37,603 nt of DNA from Escherichia phage T7: sequence record PV223881, one strand, 5' to 3'. Positions 31,201 through 37,603 of this stretch are shown piece by piece. The position numbers were made by a program, and so were the translations under genes. A model generated the notes under the pieces. That model was not told the DNA's origin, ran no database searches, and saw only the letters and a program-made list of their open reading frames with translations. Positions within the stretch are counted from its first letter, which is position 1, and each line of letters begins with the position of its first letter.

Positions 31201-32217
31201 GCTCGCTCTCCGTGGACTAAGCTACTGAACGGAACCACTAACTACCTTCTGGATGCTGCGCGTCAAGGTATGCTTGGGGATGTTATTAGTGCCACCCTAA
31301 CAGGTAAGACTACCCGCTGGGAGAAAGAAGGCTTCCTTCGTGGTGCCTCCGTAACTCCTGAGCAGATGGCTGGCATCAAGTCTCTCATCAAGGAACATAT
31401 GGTACGCGGTGAGGACGGGAAGTTTACCGTTAAGGACAAGCAAGCGTTCTCTATGGACCCACGGGCTATGGACTTATGGAGACTGGCTGACAAGGTAGCT
31501 GATGAGGCAATGCTGCGTCCACATAAGGTGTCCTTACAGGATTCCCATGCGTTCGGAGCACTAGGTAAGATGGTTATGCAGTTTAAGTCTTTCACTATCA
31601 AGTCCCTTAACTCTAAGTTCCTGCGAACCTTCTATGATGGATACAAGAACAACCGAGCGATTGACGCTGCGCTGAGCATCATCACCTCTATGGGTCTCGC
31701 TGGTGGTTTCTATGCTATGGCTGCACACGTCAAAGCATACGCTCTGCCTAAGGAGAAACGTAAGGAGTACTTGGAGCGTGCACTGGACCCAACCATGATT
31801 GCCCACGCTGCGTTATCTCGTAGTTCTCAATTGGGTGCTCCTTTGGCTATGGTTGACCTAGTTGGTGGTGTTTTAGGGTTCGAGTCCTCCAAGATGGCTC
31901 GCTCTACGATTCTACCTAAGGACACCGTGAAGGAACGTGACCCAAACAAACCGTACACCTCTAGAGAGGTAATGGGCGCTATGGGTTCAAACCTTCTGGA
32001 ACAGATGCCTTCGGCTGGCTTTGTGGCTAACGTAGGGGCTACCTTAATGAATGCTGCTGGCGTGGTCAACTCACCTAATAAAGCAACCGAGCAGGACTTC
32101 ATGACTGGTCTTATGAACTCCACAAAAGAGTTAGTACCGAACGACCCATTGACTCAACAGCTTGTGTTGAAGATTTATGAGGCGAACGGTGTTAACTTGA
32201 GGGAGCGTAGGAAATAA
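28261..32217 (+). CDS. 16: Internal core protein gp16 with N-terminal lytic transglycosylase domain
   Basis: 1318-aa ORF; N-terminal transglycosylase-like motif (VAWTESRF...GPLGMMQFT). Confidence 0.97.
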   Translation: MDKYDKNVPSDYDGLFQKAADANGVSYDLLRKVAWTESRFVPTAKSKTGPLGMMQFTKATAKALGLRVTDGPDDDRLNPELAINAAAKQLAGLVGKFDGDELKAALAYNQGEGRLGNPQLEAYSKGDFASISEEGRNYMRNLLDVAKSPMAGQLETFGGITPKGKGIPAEVGLAGIGHKQKVTQELPESTSFDVKGIEQEATAKPFAKDFWETHGETLDEYNSRSTFFGFKNAAEAELSNSVAGMAFRAGRLDNGFDVFKDTITPTRWNSHIWTPEELEKIRTEVKNPAYINVVTGGSPENLDDLIKLANENFENDSRAAEAGLGAKLSAGIIGAGVDPLSYVPMVGVTGKGFKLINKALVVGAESAALNVASEGLRTSVAGGDADYAGAALGGFVFGAGMSAISDAVAAGLKRSKPEAEFDNEFIGPMMRLEARETARNANSADLSRMNTENMKFEGEHNGVPYEDLPTERGAVVLHDGSVLSASNPINPKTLKEFSEVDPEKAARGIKLAGFTEIGLKTLGSDDADIRRVAIDLVRSPTGMQSGASGKFGATASDIHERLHGTDQRTYNDLYKAMSDAMKDPEFSTGGAKMSREETRYTIYRRAALAIERPELQKALTPSERIVMDIIKRHFDTKRELMENPAIFGNTKAVSIFPESRHKGTYVPHVYDRHAKALMIQRYGAEGLQEGIARSWMNSYVSRPEVKARVDEMLKELHGVKEVTPEMVEKYAMDKAYGISHSDQFTNSSIIEENIEGLVGIENNSFLEARNLFDSDLSITMPDGQQFSVNDLRDFDMFRIMPAYDRRVNGDIAIMGSTGKTTKELKDEILALKAKAEGDGKKTGEVHALMDTVKILTGRARRNQDTVWETSLRAINDLGFFAKNAYMGAQNITEIAGMIVTGNVRALGHGIPILRDTLYKSKPVSAKELKELHASLFGKEVDQLIRPKRADIVQRLREATDTGPAVANIVGTLKYSTQELAARSPWTKLLNGTTNYLLDAARQGMLGDVISATLTGKTTRWEKEGFLRGASVTPEQMAGIKSLIKEHMVRGEDGKFTVKDKQAFSMDPRAMDLWRLADKVADEAMLRPHKVSLQDSHAFGALGKMVMQFKSFTIKSLNSKFLRTFYDGYKNNRAIDAALSIITSMGLAGGFYAMAAHVKAYALPKEKRKEYLERALDPTMIAHAALSRSSQLGAPLAMVDLVGGVLGFESSKMARSTILPKDTVKERDPNKPYTSREVMGAMGSNLLEQMPSAGFVANVGATLMNAAGVVNSPNKATEQDFMTGLMNSTKELVPNDPLTQQLVLKIYEANGVNLRERRK

Positions 32218-32237
32218 TACGACTCACTATAGGGAGA
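32215..32237 (+). promoter_or_regulatory. T7 class III promoter phi17
   Basis: taatacgactcactatagggaga overlapping the gene 16 stop. Confidence 0.9.
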
Positions 32238-32289
32238 GGCGAAATAATCTTCTCCCTGTAGTCTCTTAGATTTACTTTAAGGAGGTCAA

Positions 32290-33951
32290 ATGGCTAACGT
32301 AATTAAAACCGTTTTGACTTACCAGTTAGATGGCTCCAATCGTGATTTTAATATCCCGTTTGAGTATCTAGCCCGTAAGTTCGTAGTGGTAACTCTTATT
32401 GGTGTAGACCGAAAGGTCCTTACGATTAATACAGACTATCGCTTTGCTACACGTACTACTATCTCTCTGACAAAGGCTTGGGGTCCAGCCGATGGCTACA
32501 CGACCATCGAGTTACGTCGAGTAACCTCCACTACCGACCGATTGGTTGACTTTACGGATGGTTCAATCCTCCGCGCGTATGACCTTAACGTCGCTCAGAT
32601 TCAAACGATGCACGTAGCGGAAGAGGCCCGTGACCTCACTGCGGATACTATCGGTGTCAATAACGATGGTCACTTGGATGCTCGTGGTCGTCGAATTGTG
32701 AACCTAGCGAACGCCGTGGATGACCGCGATGCTGTTCCGTTTGGTCAACTAAAGACCATGAACCAGAACTCATGGCAAGCACGTAATGAAGCCTTACAGT
32801 TCCGTAATGAGGCTGAGACTTTCAGAAACCAAGCGGAGGGCTTTAAGAACGAGTCCAGTACCAACGCTACGAACACAAAGCAGTGGCGCGATGAGACCAA
32901 GGGTTTCCGAGACGAAGCCGAGCAGTTCAAGAATACGGCTGGTCAATACGCTACATCTGCTGGGAACTCTGCTTCCGCTGCGCATCAATCTGAGGTAAAC
33001 GCTGAGAACTCTGCCACAGCATCCGCTAACTCTGCTCATTTGGCAGAACAGCAAGCAGACCGTGCGGAACGTGAGGCAGACAAGCTGGAAAATTACAATG
33101 GATTGGCTGGTGCAATTGATAAGGTAGATGGAACCAATGTGTACTGGAAAGGAAATATTCACGCTAACGGGCGCCTTTACATGACCACAAACGGTTTTGA
33201 CTGTGGCCAGTATCAACAGTTCTTTGGTGGTGTCACTAATCGTTACTCTGTCATGGAGTGGGGAGATGAGAACGGATGGCTGATGTATGTTCAACGTAGA
33301 GAGTGGACAACAGCGATAGGCGGTAACATCCAGTTAGTAGTAAACGGACAGATCATCACCCAAGGTGGAGCCATGACCGGTCAGCTAAAATTGCAGAATG
33401 GGCATGTTCTTCAATTAGAGTCCGCATCCGACAAGGCGCACTATATTCTATCTAAAGATGGTAACAGGAATAACTGGTACATTGGTAGAGGGTCAGATAA
33501 CAACAATGACTGTACCTTCCACTCCTATGTACATGGTACGACCTTAACACTCAAGCAGGACTATGCAGTAGTTAACAAACACTTCCACGTAGGTCAGGCC
33601 GTTGTGGCCACTGATGGTAATATTCAAGGTACTAAGTGGGGAGGTAAATGGCTGGATGCTTACCTACGTGACAGCTTCGTTGCGAAGTCCAAGGCGTGGA
33701 CTCAGGTGTGGTCTGGTAGTGCTGGCGGTGGGGTAAGTGTGACTGTTTCACAGGATCTCCGCTTCCGCAATATCTGGATTAAGTGTGCCAACAACTCTTG
33801 GAACTTCTTCCGTACTGGCCCCGATGGAATCTACTTCATAGCCTCTGATGGTGGATGGTTACGATTCCAAATACACTCCAACGGTCTCGGATTCAAGAAT
33901 ATTGCAGACAGTCGTTCAGTACCTAATGCAATCATGGTGGAGAACGAGTAA
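32290..33951 (+). CDS. 17: Tail fiber protein gp17
   Basis: 553-aa ORF MANVIKTVLTYQLDGSNRDFNIPFEYLARKFVVVTLIGVDRKV... Confidence 0.97.
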   Translation: MANVIKTVLTYQLDGSNRDFNIPFEYLARKFVVVTLIGVDRKVLTINTDYRFATRTTISLTKAWGPADGYTTIELRRVTSTTDRLVDFTDGSILRAYDLNVAQIQTMHVAEEARDLTADTIGVNNDGHLDARGRRIVNLANAVDDRDAVPFGQLKTMNQNSWQARNEALQFRNEAETFRNQAEGFKNESSTNATNTKQWRDETKGFRDEAEQFKNTAGQYATSAGNSASAAHQSEVNAENSATASANSAHLAEQQADRAEREADKLENYNGLAGAIDKVDGTNVYWKGNIHANGRLYMTTNGFDCGQYQQFFGGVTNRYSVMEWGDENGWLMYVQRREWTTAIGGNIQLVVNGQIITQGGAMTGQLKLQNGHVLQLESASDKAHYILSKDGNRNNWYIGRGSDNNNDCTFHSYVHGTTLTLKQDYAVVNKHFHVGQAVVATDGNIQGTKWGGKWLDAYLRDSFVAKSKAWTQVWSGSAGGGVSVTVSQDLRFRNIWIKCANNSWNFFRTGPDGIYFIASDGGWLRFQIHSNGLGFKNIADSRSVPNAIMVENE

Positions 33952-34009
33952 TTGGTAAATCACAAGGAAAGACGTGTAGTCCACGGATGGACTCTCAAGG
34001 AGGTACAAG

Positions 34010-34213
34010 GTGCTATCATTAGACTTTAACAACGAATTGATTAAGGCTGCTCCAATTGTTGGGACGGGTGTAGCAGATGTTAGTGCTCGACTGTTCTTTG
34101 GGTTAAGCCTTAACGAATGGTTCTACGTTGCTGCTATCGCCTACACAGTGGTTCAGATTGGTGCCAAGGTAGTCGATAAGATGATTGACTGGAAGAAAGC
34201 CAATAAGGAGTGA
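34010..34213 (+). CDS. 17.5: Holin gp17.5
   Basis: 67-aa ORF with one hydrophobic segment (FFGLSLNEWFYVAAIAYTVVQIGA). Confidence 0.9.
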   Translation: MLSLDFNNELIKAAPIVGTGVADVSARLFFGLSLNEWFYVAAIAYTVVQIGAKVVDKMIDWKKANKE

Positions 34214-34218
34214 TATGT

Positions 34219-34488
34219 ATGGAAAAGGATAAGAGCCTTATTACATTCTTAGAGATGTTGGACACTGCGATGGCTCAGCGTATGCTTGCGGACCTTTCGG
34301 ACCATGAGCGTCGCTCTCCGCAACTCTATAATGCTATTAACAAACTGTTAGACCGCCACAAGTTCCAGATTGGTAAGTTGCAGCCGGATGTTCACATCTT
34401 AGGTGGCCTTGCTGGTGCTCTTGAAGAGTACAAAGAGAAAGTCGGTGATAACGGTCTTACGGATGATGATATTTACACATTACAGTGA
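34219..34488 (+). CDS. 18: Terminase small subunit gp18
   Basis: ATG 34219, MEKDKSLITFLEMLDTAMAQRMLADLSDHERRSPQLYNAINKLL... Confidence 0.9.
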   Translation: MEKDKSLITFLEMLDTAMAQRMLADLSDHERRSPQLYNAINKLLDRHKFQIGKLQPDVHILGGLAGALEEYKEKVGDNGLTDDDIYTLQ

Positions 34489-34494
34489 TATACT

Positions 34495-34560
34495 CAAGGC
34501 CACTACAGATAGTGGTCTTTATGGATGTCATTGTCTATACGAGATGCTCCTACGTGAAAT
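34495..34560 (+). promoter_or_regulatory. RNase III site R18.5 (predicted)
   Basis: Inverted repeat ggccactacagatagtggtc upstream of gene 18.5. Confidence 0.4.
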
Positions 34561-34582
34561 CTGAAAGTTAACGGGAGGCATT

Positions 34583-35014
34583 ATGCTAGAATTTTTACGT
34601 AAGCTAATCCCTTGGGTTCTCGCTGGGATGCTATTCGGGTTAGGATGGCATCTAGGGTCAGACTCAATGGACGCTAAATGGAAACAGGAGGTACACAATG
34701 AGTACGTTAAGAGAGTTGAGGCTGCGAAGAGCACTCAAAGAGCAATCGATGCGGTATCTGCTAAGTATCAAGAAGACCTTGCCGCGCTGGAAGGGAGCAC
34801 TGATAGGATTATTTCTGATTTGCGTAGCGACAATAAGCGGTTGCGCGTCAGAGTCAAAACTACCGGAACCTCCGATGGTCAGTGTGGATTCGAGCCTGAT
34901 GGTCGAGCCGAACTTGACGACCGAGATGCTAAACGTATTCTCGCAGTGACCCAGAAGGGTGACGCATGGATTCGTGCGTTACAGGATACTATTCGTGAAC
35001 TGCAACGTAAGTAG
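34583..35014 (+). CDS. 18.5: gp18.5, Rz-like inner-membrane spanin
   Basis: 143-aa ORF with N-terminal TM segment (LIPWVLAGMLFGLGWHL). Confidence 0.9.
   Translation: MLEFLRKLIPWVLAGMLFGLGWHLGSDSMDAKWKQEVHNEYVKRVEAAKSTQRAIDAVSAKYQEDLAALEGSTDRIISDLRSDNKRLRVRVKTTGTSDGQCGFEPDGRAELDDRDAKRILAVTQKGDAWIRALQDTIRELQRK
34698..34949 (+). CDS. 18.7: gp18.7, Rz1-like outer-membrane lipoprotein spanin embedded in 18.5 in another frame
   Basis: 83-aa ORF nested in 18.5 with lipobox-like LICVATISGC. Confidence 0.75.
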   Translation: MSTLRELRLRRALKEQSMRYLLSIKKTLPRWKGALIGLFLICVATISGCASESKLPEPPMVSVDSSLMVEPNLTTEMLNVFSQ

Positions 35015-35035
35015 GAAATCAAGTAAGGAGGCAAT

Positions 35036-36796
35036 GTGTCTACTCAATCCAATCGTAATGCGCTCGTAGTGGCGAAACTGAAAGGAGACTTCGTGGCGTT
35101 CCTATTCGTCTTATGGAAGGCGCTAAACCTACCGGTGCCCACTAAGTGTCAGATTGACATGGCTAAGGTGCTGGCGAATGGAGACAACAAGAAGTTCATC
35201 TTACAGGCTTTCCGTGGTATCGGTAAGTCGTTCATCACATGTGCGTTCGTTGTGTGGTCCTTATGGAGAGACCCTCAGTTGAAGATACTTATCGTATCAG
35301 CCTCTAAGGAGCGTGCAGACGCTAACTCCATCTTTATTAAGAACATCATTGACCTGCTGCCATTCCTATCTGAGTTAAAGCCAAGACCCGGACAGCGTGA
35401 CTCGGTAATCAGCTTTGATGTAGGCCCAGCCAATCCTGACCACTCTCCTAGTGTGAAATCAGTAGGTATCACTGGTCAGTTAACTGGTAGCCGTGCTGAC
35501 ATTATCATTGCGGATGACGTTGAGATTCCGTCTAACAGCGCAACTATGGGTGCCCGTGAGAAGCTATGGACTCTGGTTCAGGAGTTCGCTGCGTTACTTA
35601 AACCGCTGCCTTCCTCTCGCGTTATCTACCTTGGTACACCTCAGACAGAGATGACTCTCTATAAGGAACTTGAGGATAACCGTGGGTACACAACCATTAT
35701 CTGGCCTGCTCTGTACCCAAGGACACGTGAAGAGAACCTCTATTACTCACAGCGTCTTGCTCCTATGTTACGCGCTGAGTACGATGAGAACCCTGAGGCA
35801 CTTGCTGGGACTCCAACAGACCCAGTGCGCTTTGACCGTGATGACCTGCGCGAGCGTGAGTTGGAATACGGTAAGGCTGGCTTTACGCTACAGTTCATGC
35901 TTAACCCTAACCTTAGTGATGCCGAGAAGTACCCGCTGAGGCTTCGTGACGCTATCGTAGCGGCCTTAGACTTAGAGAAGGCCCCAATGCATTACCAGTG
36001 GCTTCCGAACCGTCAGAACATCATTGAGGACCTTCCTAACGTTGGCCTTAAGGGTGATGACCTGCATACGTACCACGATTGTTCCAACAACTCAGGTCAG
36101 TACCAACAGAAGATTCTGGTCATTGACCCTAGTGGTCGCGGTAAGGACGAAACAGGTTACGCTGTGCTGTACACACTGAACGGTTACATCTACCTTATGG
36201 AAGCTGGAGGTTTCCGTGATGGCTACTCCGATAAGACCCTTGAGTTACTCGCTAAGAAGGCAAAGCAATGGGGAGTCCAGACGGTTGTCTACGAGAGTAA
36301 CTTCGGTGACGGTATGTTCGGTAAGGTATTCAGTCCTATCCTTCTTAAACACCACAACTGTGCGATGGAAGAGATTCGTGCCCGTGGTATGAAAGAGATG
36401 CGTATTTGCGATACCCTTGAGCCAGTCATGCAGACTCACCGCCTTGTAATTCGTGATGAGGTCATTAGGGCCGACTACCAGTCCGCTCGTGACGTAGACG
36501 GTAAGCATGACGTTAAGTACTCGTTGTTCTACCAGATGACCCGTATCACTCGTGAGAAAGGCGCTCTGGCTCATGATGACCGATTGGATGCCCTTGCGTT
36601 AGGCATTGAGTATCTCCGTGAGTCCATGCAGTTGGATTCCGTTAAGGTCGAGGGTGAAGTACTTGCTGACTTCCTTGAGGAACACATGATGCGTCCTACG
36701 GTTGCTGCTACGCATATCATTGAGATGTCTGTGGGAGGAGTTGATGTGTACTCTGAGGACGATGAGGGTTACGGTACGTCTTTCATTGAGTGGTGA
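35036..36796 (+). CDS. 19: Terminase large subunit gp19 (GTG start)
   Basis: 586-aa ORF; Walker A-like [10 protein letters not shown]. Confidence 0.96.
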   Translation: MSTQSNRNALVVAKLKGDFVAFLFVLWKALNLPVPTKCQIDMAKVLANGDNKKFILQAFRGIGKSFITCAFVVWSLWRDPQLKILIVSASKERADANSIFIKNIIDLLPFLSELKPRPGQRDSVISFDVGPANPDHSPSVKSVGITGQLTGSRADIIIADDVEIPSNSATMGAREKLWTLVQEFAALLKPLPSSRVIYLGTPQTEMTLYKELEDNRGYTTIIWPALYPRTREENLYYSQRLAPMLRAEYDENPEALAGTPTDPVRFDRDDLRERELEYGKAGFTLQFMLNPNLSDAEKYPLRLRDAIVAALDLEKAPMHYQWLPNRQNIIEDLPNVGLKGDDLHTYHDCSNNSGQYQQKILVIDPSGRGKDETGYAVLYTLNGYIYLMEAGGFRDGYSDKTLELLAKKAKQWGVQTVVYESNFGDGMFGKVFSPILLKHHNCAMEEIRARGMKEMRICDTLEPVMQTHRLVIRDEVIRADYQSARDVDGKHDVKYSLFYQMTRITREKGALAHDDRLDALALGIEYLRESMQLDSVKVEGEVLADFLEEHMMRPTVAATHIIEMSVGGVDVYSEDDEGYGTSFIEW

Positions 36797-36877
36797 TTTA
36801 TGCATTAGGACTGCATAGGGATGCACTATAGACCACGGATGGTCAGTTCTTTAAGTTACTGAAAAGACACGATAAAT

Positions 36878-36900
36878 TAATACGACTCACTATAGGGAGA
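36878..36900 (+). promoter_or_regulatory. T7 promoter phiOR
   Basis: taatacgactcactatagggaga near the right end. Confidence 0.88.
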
Positions 36901-37054
36901 GGAGGGACGAAAGGTTACTATATAGATACTGAATGAATACTTATAGAGTGCATAAAGTATGCATAATGGTGTACCTAGAGTGACCTCTAAGAATGGTGAT
37001 TATATTGTATTAGTATCACCTTAACTTAAGGACCAACATAAAGGGAGGAGACTC

Positions 37055-37204
37055 ATGTTCCGCTTATTGTTGAACCTACTGCGGCATAGAGTCACCTACC
37101 GATTTCTTGTGGTACTTTGTGCTGCCCTTGGGTACGCATCTCTTACTGGAGACCTCAGTTCACTGGAGTCTGTCGTTTGCTCTATACTCACTTGTAGCGA
37201 TTAG
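37055..37204 (+). CDS. 19.5: gp19.5 (49 aa, unknown function)
   Basis: ATG 37055 after gggagg SD; MFRLLLNLLRHRVTYRFLVVLCAALGYASLTGDLSSLESVVCSILTCSD. Confidence 0.7.
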   Translation: MFRLLLNLLRHRVTYRFLVVLCAALGYASLTGDLSSLESVVCSILTCSD

Positions 37205-37443
37205 GGTCTTCCTGACCGACTGATGGCTCACCGAGGGATTCAGCGGTATGATTGCATCACACCACTTCATCCCTATAGAGTCAAGTCCTAAGGTATACCC
37301 ATAAAGAGCCTCTAATGGTCTATCCTAAGGTCTATACCTAAAGATAGGCCATCCTATCAGTGTCACCTAAAGAGGGTCTTAGAGAGGGCCTATGGAGTTC
37401 CTATAGGGTCCTTTAAAATATACCATAAAAATCTGAGTGACTA

Positions 37444-37603
37444 TCTCACAGTGTACGGACCTAAAGTTCCCCCATAGGGGGTACCTAAAGCCCAGCCAAT
37501 CACCTAAAGTCAACCTTCGGTTGACCTTGAGGGTTCCCTAAGGGTTGGGGATGACCCTTGGGTTTGTCTTTGGGTGTTACCTTGAGTGTCTCTCTGTGTC
37601 CCT
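37444..37603. repeat. Right direct terminal repeat (TR)
   Basis: Identical to 1..160. Confidence 0.95.

Overview
This window is not a slice of a bacterial chromosome but a complete linear T7-type phage genome: identical 160-bp direct terminal repeats sit at 1..160 and 37444..37603, and every gene reads left to right on the + strand. The backbone is colinear with bacteriophage T7 and its proteins are T7 proteins (RNA polymerase, ligase, SSB, primase-helicase, DNA polymerase, capsid 10A/10B, tail, core, holin, terminase). It is 37,603 bp, about 2.3 kb shorter than the 39,937 bp I recall for wild-type T7, and it looks engineered. (1) A synthetic pET-style expression cassette replaces the middle of gene 7.7: consensus T7 promoter with no lac operator, XbaI site, gene-10 RBS, NdeI-ATG, a [13 protein letters not shown] His6 tag, then an AT-rich CHAP-amidase_2-SH3b endolysin of the Staphylococcus phage K (LysK) family. 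(2) Six deletions of non-essential T7 genes sum to about 3.8 kb: the end of 0.3 through the N-terminal two-thirds of 0.7, gene 1.4, most of 1.7, an in-frame core of 3.8, the 4.1-4.7 block between genes 4 and 5, and 5.3. Several junctions keep downstream RBSs or gene overlaps intact, which suggests deliberate scarless design. I found no CRISPR array, tRNA, integrase or minus-strand gene, and no evidence of a novel natural system; the novelty is the payload-carrying, genome-reduced design. All comparisons with wild-type T7, LysK and pET leaders rest on my recall of those sequences and on constant-offset arithmetic within this window; no alignment was run.
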